Below are positions 11,801-23,350 of a stretch of DNA of 64,000 nt, one piece after another; position 1 is the stretch's first letter; each line of letters starts with the position of its first letter. The DNA comes from Macrostomum lignano. Lineage: Eukaryota. The position numbers were made by a program, and so were the translations under genes. The notes under the pieces were generated by a model, which saw nothing but the letters and a program-made list of their open reading frames with translations, was not told the origin of the DNA and did not search any database. Where the stretch lies: positions 124,001-188,000 of the forward strand of contig NIVC01000920.1 in the NCBI GenBank assembly GCA_002269645.1. Reading direction: 5' to 3'.

Positions 11801-14800
11801 TCTCCACGGATCTCCTCTCAATCTCTCCACGGATCTTCTCTTCTCTCTATGGATCTGCCTCTCCGCTCCCTCTCCCAGCCCTGTCAGGAAGGGGCAATGG
11901 AATGTGTCTGTATCAATGTTCATCTTAATCCTCCTTGATTAGCCAATTGCAAATCATGCAAATTCCGTATTTTCTCTTTCACTGAAAAGATTGCTGGCGG
12001 CAAGAAGGCAACGAGGCGCCAAAGCTTGACCTATCGGGATCCAATTTTTCTTCAGGCTACCGTTGTCTGGCTAACGAAGGCATCAAGCAGGAATGGCTTT
12101 TTGGCTTTCTCTCTTCTCCTAGTGACCGCACAGCAAGAGAGACGCGGCAAAATAAATAGGCACTATAGAGTGGGATTCGGGAGGGCCTATCGTAAATGGC
12201 ATTTGAGGTGCGACAAATCCCACAGCGACTGTGGTGTTAATTCCTTTCCTCCCTTCTCCCTCACTCTCTCCATCTCTTCCCGCACCGTCGGTGGTCTAGG
12301 AGAGGTCAAGCCAGAGCAAAGAAATTCGGCTGCCCTAAGGACTCTCTGGTTGGGGACCAATCAAGCCCCATGCTCCACCCCGCTGCTCCGGCTGAGGCAA
12401 TCTAATTGTCGGAGATTCTGTTAGACCTCCCCTGCTCCCCTGGCCTGCCGCCCTCGGGGGCTGACGCTCTGGCTTGAAAGCTTGCCAGATATTTTGTCCT
12501 GCAAGTCTCTTCATTGCTCTTCTTCGTGTCTCTTCATGTCCAGCTGTATGCATTGCTGAGGTTATTAGCTTAATTAGAATTATTGCGGCAATTATGGATT
12601 TGCTTCAGGTGGGGAAGAAAAATGAGATCCGTACCTCGTATGGAGTAGATGGGGTTTGAATAGAGGTGGAATCAATGAGGTTCAGGTATGGCTGGGATCA
12701 ATGAGGTGTAAGTAGGGCTGGGATCAATGGGGTTTAGTTAAGACTGGGATCAGTGAGGTTCAGGTAGGGCTGGGATCAGTGAGGCTCAGGTAGGGCTGGG
12801 ATCATGGGTGAGGCTCAGGTAGGGCTGGGATCAGTGAGGCTCAGGTAGGGCTGGGATCAGTGAGGCTCAGGTAGGGCTGGGATCAGTGAGGTTCAGGTAG
12901 GGCTGGGATCAGTGAGGCTCAGGTAGGGCTGGGATCATGGGTGAGGCTCAGGTAGGGCTGGGATCAGTGAGGCTCAGGTAGGGCTGGGATCAGTGAGGCT
13001 CAGGTAGGGCTGGGATCAGTGAGGTTCAGGTAGGGCTGGGATCAGTGAGGCTCAGGTAGGGCTGGGATCAGTGAGGTTCAGGTAGGGCTGGGATCAGTGA
13101 GGCTCAGGTAGGGCTGGGATCAGTGAGGTTCAGGTAGGGCTGGGATCAGTGAGGCTCAGGTAGGGCTGGGATCAGTGAGGCTCAGGTAGGGCTGGGACAA
13201 GTGAAGCTCAGGTAGGTTGGGACAAGTGAGACTCAGGTAGGTTGGGACAAGTGAGGCTCAGGTAGGCTGGGACTAGTGAGGCTCAGGTAGGTTGAGACCA
13301 GTGACGTCAATAAGATGTTGATTCCACTGTCAATCACCCATGAGCCGCTAATTCCCGCAGAGCCGCCCAGAATCCTGACCCAGCTGCAGCCGAGTTTCTC
13401 AGTGCAACGTCACTCAAAAATTCGGCTGACCTGCACCGTGACAGGCCGGCCATCCCCGGACAACATGTGGCTGCACAACGGTCGCCGGGTGCTGAACGAG
13501 AACGGGGTCAGCGTGTCAAGGTCGGGCACCCTGACGATTGAGCGAGTCACGGAGCGGCACGCCGGCCTGTACGAGTGCCTGGCGAGGAACAAAGTCGGAG
13601 AGGCGAGGGCGCACACGGCACTGCTGATTGATGGTGCGCGAATCCTGCTCACCACTGCTGCTTTTGCGAATATTAGCTGCGATGACTCCATGAGAGCCAA
13701 CCCGCACGGCACAGAGAGTGTACATGTCTGACGATTAGAAAGTTAGGGGCGCTGTACACTCCGTGTGAGCGTGTGTATGAGCGCGTGCCTGCGTACAGTG
13801 TTGGCACGCTTTTATGTGCTCAGAATTCAACGGAATGGGCGGAATTGCCTCACCGTCTTGGTTGTGGGCCGATGTCGTCGAAGGCGTTGCGGCAGAGTGG
13901 CCACAACCCTTTATAGTTTTTATTAGGCTCGAGTTAAGAGATCACTACTAAAGAGTAGCAAGGAAAGAATTTGAACCCAAATCCATCATATAGTCTTTGC
14001 AATATACAGTTGCACACTGATATAGTTAAACAGAACTTCCAACGCGTGCTTTCACGGCTTTCACGGTTGAGGTCCCGGCTCCTTGGCTGAGTTTGTCCGA
14101 AATTGTCAGAACTTGTCCGAACAATTTTTCTTGTGACTATCAGAGAAACTGTTACTAAAACTACTTGTAGTACTATTCGATTACGGAAGCTGCTAAAATG
14201 TAAGCCAGTAAGTTATAATGAACACTTTACTAAGATCTGCAGATTTGCACATTTAGAGAAAGCATAGTGCAAAAGTGGCGATTCATGAAATAACAAACCC
14301 CAGACTAAGAGCGAAAATCATGTAAAAAATGGGAGAACAATGCATTCAATGCATTGTCAGTGCATTTACTCAGCTTAGATCTGTTTTCCATCGCCCGCCG
14401 CGCAGGCGGTCCCGGCCGATACTCGCTCGAACTTCCGTCGAACATCACGCGGCGCCAGCGCCAGCGCGCCGAGTTGTCATGCGCCGCCGCCTATCCCGCC
14501 ACGTCTGCCCACGAGCCGATCTGGCTGAAGAACGGCAAAGACGTCCACCTGCTGCCCGAGCTGCTCCACAGATTCCTGATTGAGAACGGCTCTTTGATCC
14601 TGCCGACAGTGCTGAGTACCGACTCCGGATTGTACACCTGCCAGACCAGATTGAAGACTCAACTTGCGTCAAGTCGGAGAAGCTCCTCAGTCTACCTGAA
14701 CGTCGTCTACCAGCCGCAGTTTCCTGGCGGCCTGCAGCGGACACAGATTCTCACGGCTGGCCGGCCAGGGGCTGTGGAGTGTCCGGCCCGCTCTAACCCG

Positions 14801-17800
14801 CCTCCGGACGAGGTGCGCTGGACGCACAACTACAGCCAGGCCGGGCACAGCGCGGGCCGGCTGCTCCGCCTGCTGCCAACGGTGGAGCCGCGACACGCCG
14901 GGGTGTGGAAATGCCACGCCAGAAACCGGCTGGGATGGGGCAGCTGGAGTCCCGAGCTCAGAGTCTCCGTGCACGGTTAGCGCTTGTAATGTTGTACTGT
15001 ACTTGGCTGGTTGACAGGGCTGATCCTTACTTCCTTCTTTCCTTCTTCATATCTTCCTTTTTTCCTCAATTTCTACTCTCAGTAGTAGGATTGAACAGCG
15101 TCTCCGCCACAAACTTGGACCCCGCAGGGCAGCCAAACGCCGATCTGAGCGGCGGCGGCAACTCGCAAATCCAGCAGATGGCCGGCACCGACTGCGTCAT
15201 CTTCTGCGCCTCAGCCGACCCGGTCAATCCGACTGGATCGTCGGCTACGCCATTCGCCGTCCAGTGGTTCAAGGATGACAAGCCGATCAACTTTAGCGCA
15301 GTCGACGAAGGTCGAATTCGACTCAGCGACAACGGCCGGTTGCTGAGCATCGAACGGCTAGCACCGAAGGACTCCGGTAGATATCAGTGCCGAGCTGATG
15401 CTAACTACGGCGGCGGCGGCGGCTACTCGCTGACGCAGCTGCTGGTGGAAACTGCAGCGCGGCGACCGCCGTACAACCTCAGCTTGGCGATTCGCCGAGG
15501 CGGCGGCGGGCTGTCCGCTCAGCTGGCCTGGAATCCCGGCTACGATGCCCGGGGCCAGCTCAACTACGTTGTGTGGTTCCGAGCGATTGGCCAGACCGGT
15601 CGATGGAGTACAGTTAGGCAAGATTGGGCCGCTGTTTATAGCTATAGATACCGCTGTTTATGTTCAAAGCGAGGTGCAGCACCATCCAGCTTATTCATAT
15701 CACTATACGCTGCAAGAGGGGTTGTAGTCTAAGTGATTAGAGCGTCGGGATCATGATAGAAAAATCGGCGGTTTAACTCTGCATCACTTCAGTTCACCCA
15801 GCTGTAAAATGGGTGCCAGCATTAGCTGGGGTAATTGAGGGTGCGTGTGGCGACCCCCCAGTCCTTGGACTGAACAGCCATACTTCAGATTCGCTGCACA
15901 ATAGCTGCGGCTGAGCTGTCGGTTGCACATTGCCCATTGCACATTGGTGTAGTCAATTATTATTTATTATTATGCTGCTAGAATGGAATGGGGATCACTA
16001 CAGAGATAGGATTTCGATTAATCTGCACCCATCACCGGGTCCCAGTGGGATCCCTTGACTTGGGTGGTCCGAAGACGCAGCGGGGAGGCGAGCGTCGCCC
16101 ATTCCGCTAATCCCTGAGAAGCTCGCATAGGCTAGGGCGTGGGGCCGGTCCAAGGACTACTATGCGTTACTTTAGTTGTCCTTGGGCCGGTCAGGGAGGT
16201 CTGCCGGGCCTGTCTGCAGCGTGGTCTTCGGTGGGGAGGACGGAGGCTCGTTTGGTATCCCGGAAGAACCGGATGAGCCGTGGGATGTTGTCGGGCTGGC
16301 AGGCATCGTCCAGGGACGGGTTGGGCCCGATGGAATGTAGATGGTCACAGTTGAAGGCCGGGCAGTAGCAAACGAAGTGCTTAGTGTCTCTGTTCTCGAG
16401 GTTGCAGAAGGGACAGAGTTAACTCCGGCAGACGCCTCGGAGGAAACAATGCCTGGCAAAGCAACCGTGAGCTGTGAAGTTCACACAGTGAGAGCGCGGA
16501 TATATTTTGGATTTTGGTTCAAAAGGATTCTCCGCAGCTTGAGGGACGGGTTGGGCACTGCCACTCGGGATGGGCAACAGTCGGGAATGCCGTCCCATCT
16601 GTGTAGGTACAGGGTTAATGACCGCGGCGGGAATGGGGCCAGAGGCACGGGGCCAAGGAGCGAGCTGGAACTACCCGTCTACCCGGGATCCCACCAACCG
16701 CTTCGATTTAGACCAAAATTCTCAGCTTTGTTGATTGCACAACTCCCGTGACTCTCTCTCAAGAACTACGAGCTTATTGTTGACAGGGTGCCGATCCCCG
16801 GCTTCACTCGGGTGCGCGTCCTGGGCCTGCAGCCGCACACCAGTTACGAATTCTACGTCTCAGCCGTGAGCAGCAATGGTCATCAACTGCAGAGCGAGCG
16901 CCGCTACGCAGCCACCGGCAGCGTCTCGGACGTCAGCAAGGACGAAGCAGCGGATGATGACCGCCTGCCGAAGCCGCTGCCGCCGAGGCCGCCCATTCTG
17001 CTGACGCTCCAGCTTGGCAGCAGAGTAGGCAACAGCGGCGGTGGGGACGTCTGGCTGAGCTGGGAAGAGCAAGAGCCGTCTACAGACGGTGGCGGCAACT
17101 ATTCGGGAGGTCCAGTGCAGTACTACACAGTGCAGTACATCAGCGGTGCGCAAAGGCTATGAAATTCGTCAAGTTTGGGTGTATCCATGTCATGACGGGG
17201 TGGTTGCACAGAGTTGGGGTGGTTGCGCAGAGTTGGGGTGGTTGCACAGAGTTGGGGTGGTTGCACAGAGTTGGGGTGGTTGCACAGATTTTGGGTGGTT
17301 GCACAGAGTTGGTGTGTTGCCCAGAGTCGGGGTGGTTGCACAGATTTTGGGTGGTTGCACAGAGTTGGGGTGTTGCACAGATTTTGGGTGGTTGCACAGA
17401 GTTGGTCATCTGTGCAACGTCGAGATGTCCAAAAAAATCGAATCCCTCAGACTCCGCTGACGCAGACAAGTGGCGCGATCTCGAACTGGTGACACCACCA
17501 GAGAGCAGGAATCGTCACAGACTGCTGGCTCTTGGCAGTCGTCGACTCGCTCGCCTCGGCGCCAGTGCACCAGGAAAAATTCGACTCAGAATGCTGGCCT
17601 GCAGCTGGCTGGCCTGCAGTCTGCCTAGCAACTATCTGACGCTGGATCTAGCAATGCTGTCTAACGGTAAGAGTTCACTAAAATAATTCAATCATGCTAC
17701 TGGTCTACTATTCGCAAGTAGTTTGGTAACCAATATTTATTGCTAAATTTAATAAACAAAACTCTCAGCAGGCACAATTCTGGCAGCAAGCTCCAGTTCC

Positions 17801-18415
17801 GACGGTTCATCGGCGTCCGCCGCTGCTGCAGCCACCACCGTCATCTGGCTGTCACTGGGAGTCGCCGCCGCGGTTGCCGCCAGCTGCGGAGTGGCTGCTT
17901 TCGTTGTCGGTGCAGTCGCAGCAGCCTGGCGCCGACGCAGGAGACGCCGTCGTCTCGGCTGCAGCAGAAGTGGCTCGAGCGGCGCCGGCGGCGAGGTGGT
18001 CAGCGTCCACCAGGAGGATCTGGACAGCGTGGAGGATCCAGACGAGGCCATAATTGGTCGCGGACCGACGCGACGCCAGCAGCAGCAGCAGCAGAAGCAG
18101 CAACACCAGCAGCGGCGGAAGCTGCAGCGCTTGCATCGAAGGCTGCAGAGGCGACTGCAGCTGGCCAGGGCCGGGAGATCCGGCGAGGCTTCGACCGCTG
18201 CAACTGCGGATGAGGAAGTCGACGGTGTGGCGGTCAGTCTGAAAGAATTTCCACGCTATTCAAAGCCAGCGCAGGTGACCAGTAACTTTGTTAACCGTGA
18301 CAATCAATTGCAGGACCGGGTACCCGATGAGGCCTCAATCTGCCTGACCAGTTTTGACATACGTGAGTCTGGAAGCACTCCTACACAGGCATACGAGTAC
18401 ACAGAAGGACGCTAA
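5862..18415 (+). CDS. tutl: Turtle/IGSF9-like cell-adhesion receptor (signal peptide, 5 Ig, 2 FnIII, TM, cytoplasmic tail), ~1046 aa
   Basis: Phase-compatible exons 5862-6402, 13361-13633, 14406-14975, 15083-15617, 16787-17145, 17451-17666, 17769-18415 total 3141 nt (in frame). Ig C...W...YxC motifs, turtle-like CPARSNPP...HAGVWKC, FnIII WNPGYD...YVVWFR and GLQPHTSYEF, hydrophobic TM followed by RRRRRRRR. The last-exon end is less certain (possible donor at 18275). Confidence 0.85.
6545..7495. repeat. ~950-bp polypurine (GA-rich) low-complexity tract in intron 1
   Basis: Almost exclusively G/A on the + strand, built from GGGAGAGAGGGGAA-type units. Confidence 0.97.
8205..9650 (-). mobile_element. 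5'-truncated Gypsy LTR retrotransposon: frameshifted pre-integrase/H2C2 region, integrase, PPT and 3' LTR
   Basis: ORF 9442-8678 has GHCEDVENFVKQCQRC, WRRVHMDH, LIVVDAFSGWPEA, VADNAPEF and SPPYHPQSNGCAERMVQTVK (rve integrase). LTR 8205-8458 has imperfect inverted ends TGTTGTATCGTG...CACGACACGACA, preceded by purine-rich GGTGATGAGGGA. Confidence 0.92.
9655..10400. repeat. 42-bp minisatellite (GGATTGCTAATCTAGCCAGCATCACTGATGAAGGAATAGAAT)n
   Basis: ~14 regular units plus degenerate ones; 1.5 further units at 8131-8204. Confidence 0.96.
10878..11835. repeat. Mixed 23/18-bp minisatellite (CCACGGATCTCCGCTCCCTCTCT / CCACGGATCTCCCTCTCT)
   Basis: Two unit lengths interspersed over ~950 bp. Confidence 0.96.
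12670..13300. repeat. 26-bp minisatellite (GGCTCAGGTAGGGCTGGGATCAGTGA)n
   Basis: Tandem units read directly, degenerate at both ends. Confidence 0.96.
15718..15975 (+). mobile_element. SINE family A copy with internal deletion
   Basis: A-box head followed by a jump into the CORE-like segment; same 3' tail as 3875-4170. Confidence 0.78.
17198..17402. repeat. 19-bp minisatellite (GCACAGAGTTGGGGTGGTT)n in intron 5
   Basis: Tandem units read directly. Confidence 0.93.
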
Positions 18416-18435
18416 ATCTGCTTTTCAGCTTTCTA

Positions 18436-19050
18436 CTAGAAATCTAGTGCCCCCCCTTCGGGGCGCCCAATAAGCAAGGAGCAAAAATTATTCATGCAAT
18501 TCCATTTAAAAAGCACATTTTCTTAAGAACCGATTCTTTCTTCATCATTAATCGAATCGAATCACCTTATTCGATTAAAATTGTCATGGACAAAGATTCT
18601 TGCTATGAATCTCTTGCTTCGAAAAGTAACAAACGGACACAACAAAGTAAAGCCCTCACAAAGATAAGAGGCATTCCCCATAAATCAAAAGCATCCCCCA
18701 GACTGCAAGCATCCTCCCAAATAGCAAGCACCCCCAGATAGCAAGCATCCCTCAGATAGCAAGCATACCTCAGATAGCAAGCACCCCCAGATAGCAAGCA
18801 CCCCCAGATAGCAAGCATCCCTCAGATAGCAAGCATCCCTCAGATAGCAAGCATCCCTCAGATAGCAAGCATCCCTCAGATAGCAAGCATCCCTCAGATA
18901 GCAAGCATCCCTCAGATAGCAAGCATCCCTCAGATAGCAAGCATCCCTCAGATAGCAAGCATCCCTCAGATAGCAAGCATCCCTCAGATAGCAAGCATCC
19001 CTCAGATAGCAAGCATCCCTCAGATAGCAAGCATCCCCCAGATATACCTG
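18436..19050 (-). mobile_element. Non-autonomous Helitron-like element with internal 18-bp minisatellite
   Basis: Minus strand ends with a GC hairpin followed by CTAG|T at 18436. The internal (CAGATAGCAAGCATCCCT)n array and the adjacent unique segment are homologous to 41790-42427. Confidence 0.62.
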
Positions 19051-20059
19051 TATCCAGAAGGACGCTAAATCTGCTTTTCAGCTTTCTTTTAGAAGCAAGG
19101 ACCACTAGCGGTATAGCAGTATATGCTGCTAGTGGTCCTTGAGTAGGAGCGTAATAAATTCATAATATTTCACCTTCTGGACTTTAAAACTCCAAATTGA
19201 GGCAAGTATGTTTTTTATGGCACGATTTTCGAGTTCAGCACCCTTCCGCTTCAGCTTTTCATGTCAAGCGCTTGAAATTTGTAATTAAAACTGTCAAGAA
19301 TGGGGAGCCGTTAATCCTACTCTATAAAGGTATGCGAGTCAAATTAATCGCCTTCCAAATCGTTTCAGGTCACAGTCTCGAGACAAACGACTCTTGATCC
19401 ACGCCGTGCATCAGCAGTTGCGATTCAAAGTTATTATTTTAGACATTTCTATGTTTGTCTTTTTCTACAATTGTACTGATAATTTACATGGTATATACTA
19501 CTAGTATGCAAGTAGTGTAACTTTAGTAGTTTTTCCTGATTTCCAAGAAAGTGTGACTCCTAAATCGCGCTTAGTGACTATTTCGAGAGTAGTCACAGCT
19601 AATAGATAACTATTTTCAGTCGTAGCATACAGAGACATTGTATCCATGCACTTTTAATTGAAATTCTAAAGCCATTCGAGACACACGTCAAACATTTCAA
19701 TCATTTTCTAAATACAACAGTTTTAAAAGCACTCAATGGAACTGGTTGAGACACATTGTCGCAGACGTCCGTCACAAAGCTCAGGTTTTTTCTTAATTTA
19801 AACTCTTGGTACAAAGCAAAGATTTAAAATTAACATTACGAGCGTAAACTCTGCGATGTTTCAACAAATCTAACAAAATTTCTGGTGATATCGTAGCATG
19901 CTTGTTATGTTCAGAATTAAAATATAAGCCCGTGATTGAAAAATAATCATTGAAATTTTATGAGCCCCGATCATTTTTCGATTCACAGGTCCCCCTGTCT
20001 CATTCGTTGGCGCCCCTATCTCATAGTTGGCGCCATTATCTCATTGGTTGGCGCCCCTG

Positions 20060-20330
20060 TCTTATGGTTTGCGGCCCCTACCCCTGTCTCATGGTTTGCG
20101 GCCCCTACCCCTGTCTCATGGTTTGCGGCCCCTACCCCCCCTGTCTCATGGTTTGCGGCCCCTACCCCTGTCTCATGGTTTGCGGCCCCTACCCCTGTCT
20201 CATGGTTTGCGGCCCCTACCCCCCTGTCTCATGGTTTGCGGCCCCTACCCCCCTGTCTCATGTTTGCGGCCCCTACCCCCCCCCCTGTCTCATGGTTTGC
20301 GGACCCAACCCCCAACCCTACCCCTGTCTC
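20060..20330. repeat. 27-bp minisatellite (GCGGCCCCTACCCCTGTCTCATGGTTT)n
   Basis: Tandem units with variable C-runs. Confidence 0.93.
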
Positions 20331-20599
20331 GTAGGCCGCTGTATGCCTCGCTCAAGAGGAGGCGAAAGTTGAGGTCCTGTCATCCGTTGAGCTTGGTTAC
20401 CTCTTTCTCTTAATTTTTGGAGGCGTGCTACTTTTTAATGCGATGGGGGGCCCCTTCTGCTTGCGCCACTATCTCTTTCTTGTTAAACGAGGATGGGAAG
20501 ACGAGGGCAACCCGCGGATCAGCCGCAATATGTAAGGGGCTTATCTACCAGGGGCATATAGCCCAAACAGCCCATGCAGGTTGAGACCAGGACTCAAGG

Positions 20600-20985
20600 C
20601 CTGGTGAGAGTGCCTTATTGGATTTTTATCTTTTTTATTAGAGGCAGGGGGTTGTGTGCACCCTGGCGCACTTTAAGCGACATAGGCACACAACCGGCGA
20701 GAGGCATTACTGCCCTTTCCGCCGACTCCCCTGAGCAGGCACACAAGCGCGCGGATACGTACGCAGGCACACACTCACACAGGAGTGTACAGCGGCCCTA
20801 ACTTTATATTGTCGTTAGGCATGTACACTTCACTGCGCCTTGGGGGGGTAGGCTCTCAAGGCCGTTAATTGCACGAGCAGAGCCAAGCCGAGATTCCAAT
20901 TCAGCCCCAAATTAATGACTGCACTTGGAATCGAGCCTGGGTCGCTGGCACACCAGAGCAGCTGCGCTACCGCTGGGCTACGGCC
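20600..20985 (-). mobile_element. tRNA-derived SINE, family B
   Basis: Minus strand GGCCGTAGCCCAGCGGTAGCG (A box) ... AGGCTCGATTCC (B box). Body shared with 26030-26335 (+), a fragment at 13735-13830, and more distantly 34040-34250 and 4420-4695. Confidence 0.72.
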
Positions 20986-21748
20986 CCCTGTGCCTTATTG
21001 GATGCTACAAACCCAAGCCTATGGACTAAGACACCACCAACCCATAGTGGAATCAGGAACGGTGCAAGGACCGAATCCACCCAAGCCACCCACCAAGGAC
21101 AAAACCCGAGTGTGCGTGCGAAAAAAATTGGAAAATCTTTTGGAAATCTCTTTCGTGGTACTTCAATCGTACTACTCTAAATGGCCAGCGGCCCCTTGTA
21201 ATTAAGTAAAAAGTATTTAACAAAGTATTTTTACTACGCAAAAGTTCAACAGAACAGCGTGAAGAACCCAGTGGGACTTTTCCGTCCGCCCCGATGTCCG
21301 CCCGCGCCTCCGCTCTTTTTTGGGCGACGGCCGCCCCATGGAGCTACGTGACCTCCGCCCCGGCGTCCGGGGCGGCGCCGCTGGGCGGAGCCTGATAAAA
21401 TTTGCTCATGAGCCTACTATTAGTAGTAGAATTAGCACAAATTTCTTTTTTTGCTAATTTCGCTCAGCTTTTTTCACGATTTTTTTGCTCTCTGGATTTT
21501 TTCGATTTCGGGATATTAGCGATCCTTGGCTTCGTAATTGAGGCTATTAGAATAATTAAAAGACTTGTTCGCTTCATTTTGTTCCTGCTGGTGCAGGCAA
21601 CTCCGTAATGTATATTTAAGTCATAGTTCGCGTATTGAATTATTTGCAAGTATTTTAAGGCATTACAGCATTTTATAAGTAAGCGCAACAATTCTTGAAA
21701 AAGAAATTACAAATGAATATTAGCAAAATCAGGAGTGAAGTGCGTCGG

Positions 21749-21943
21749 CAGGGGTGGATTAAGGGGGCATTGGGACAGCCGCCCCCTCTTAAAATAGCTT
21801 GATAAAACATATTGTGCCCCAAGAACCTAAGTTGGCGCCCCTAAGCTTGATTTTCGCTCCCAGCACACATTTTCGCGCCCCTAGCTTAAAAATTGGCGCC
21901 CCACACTTGAACCCCCTAAAATGAAATTCTAGATCCGCCACTT
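21749..21943. mobile_element. Putative MITE with CAGGGGTGGAT...ATCCGCCACT ends
   Basis: Imperfect terminal inverted repeats and internal GGCGCCCC subrepeats; related ends at 27530-28058. Confidence 0.55.
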
Positions 21944-22188
21944 CGAGTCGGTTGTTAACTTTCCCCCACTTCAGCCAGCAACAGTAGCGGCCCGTGCAAC
22001 GATCAAAGTTTTTAAGCAAATATGGGAGCAAATAGCGATGTGAGGTCCTTCACCCTATTTTACCGACTTGAAACCCCGGACCTATGCATAACTAAGCAGC
22101 AACTCTTCTAAGCTGATTATCTTACAAAAAGCACCTTAATTAGCCTAGGCTTTGACATTTCTGATACTATTTTAACTATATTAAGCAT

Positions 22189-22521
22189 TTAATTGTTACT
22201 GTAGTCGGAGGGACATCGGAACTCATCGTCACTCGAACCCATCAAATCATCCATTTCTCGAACAGCTTTGTTCACATTCGCACTGCGGCGCTTTGCTGCC
22301 CTCTGCTGCTGAGAAGGAGCTGGCCGCTTCTGGGCCCGCTGCGGCGTAGCAGATGAGGTGGCCTGCGAAAGCCCGCTGGCTTGTGGAGTCGAGGCTGCGC
22401 TTCTTGCGCTGATTGAATTTGAAGGCGTCATGGCACCAATTGTGTTGCGGCGATGCGACCGCCCCGAGATCCGGTCAGCTCCGTGCCTCAGGTACTGCCG
22501 CACTTGGCTAGCGACCAGATC
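22189..22521 (-). CDS. Possible terminal coding exon of an unidentified gene
   Basis: Acceptor TATTCCAG at 22522, then 110 open codons with GC-rich, exon-like composition (DLVASQVRQYLRHG...VREMDDLMGSSDDEFR) and a stop at the AT-rich boundary. No upstream exons could be tied to it. Confidence 0.33.
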   Translation of the reverse strand, partial: DLVASQVRQYLRHGADRISGRSHRRNTIGAMTPSNSISARSAASTPQASGLSQATSSATPQRAQKRPAPSQQQRAAKRRSANVNKAVREMDDLMGSSDDEFRCPSDYSNN

Positions 22522-22920
22522 CTGGAATAGACAGAGAAGCGAACCGGTTTCACGGGCAACAACTACCAGCCTGGATCAATAGCCATACCGGAGCGCTGAT
22601 GAAAAATCTCCCCTATTGCTAGCTACCCAGCCCAAACCTTCACGTGACCTTAAACCGCAGCTGGGCATAGCCATGGCTGTAGTGAATGCAACCTTTGGGC
22701 TGCCCTCTTTCCAAAAGGAAGAATTTGCAAAAACAAAAAATTGGGCGGGAAAAACACGTTGAAGGAATGGGGGCGCATGCAGGAGATGAAGCAGGCTGTA
22801 TTTGTTGGAAAGCGAAAATTACTCCGGCTTAAGTGCAAAAACTATTTCTGGGCTTATGGCATAGCTTGAAGATGTTGCACTAAGTTGGTGCCAAAGGGAT
22901 TTGCTGATTCGAAAATTTGC

Positions 22921-23350
22921 AGAAGACGGCAGGGTTTGAGTGTCAGAAGACAGCAGGGTTTGAGTGTCAGAAGACGGCAGGGTCTGAGTGTCAGAAGACA
23001 GCAGGGTCTGAGTGTCAGAAGACGGCAGGGTTTGAGTGTCAGAAGACGGCAGGGTTTGAGTGTCAGAAGACGGCAGGGTCTGAGTGTCAGAAGACGGCAG
23101 GGTTTGAGTGTCAGAAGACAGCAGGGTCTGAGTGTCAGAAGACGGCAGGGTTTGAGTGTCAGAAGACGGCAGGGTTTGAGTGTCAGAAGATGGCAGGGTT
23201 TGAGTGTCAGAAGACGGCAGGGTCTGAGTGTCAGAAGACGGCAGGGTTTGAGTGTCAGAAGACAGCAGGGTCTGAGTGTCAGAAGACGGCAGGGTTTGAG
23301 TGTCAGAAGACGGCAGGGTTTGAGTGTCAGAAGACGGCAGGGTTTGAGTG
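22921..23350. repeat. 24-bp minisatellite (AGAAGACGGCAGGGTTTGAGTGTC)n
   Basis: ~18 units read directly. Confidence 0.96.

Noticed and set aside
10771-11807. Three ~300-aa ORFs (RERRSVERGSGDPW)
   Set aside because: Minisatellite open in all frames; no unique coding flanks.
12150-12560. Possible LINE 3' end (RGR...-like) on the minus strand
   Set aside because: Too degenerate to support a call without a search.
9655-13300. Regularly spaced repeats as CRISPR arrays
   Set aside because: Units are head-to-tail with no unique spacers; no cas genes; eukaryotic context.
16040-16740. GC-rich intronic segment with 95-136-aa ORFs
   Set aside because: No recognisable domain and not needed for the receptor's exon chain; probably decayed TE.
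21280-21395. Very GC-rich palindromic patch as a transposon terminus or promoter
   Set aside because: No partner end, TSD or adjacent gene start was found.
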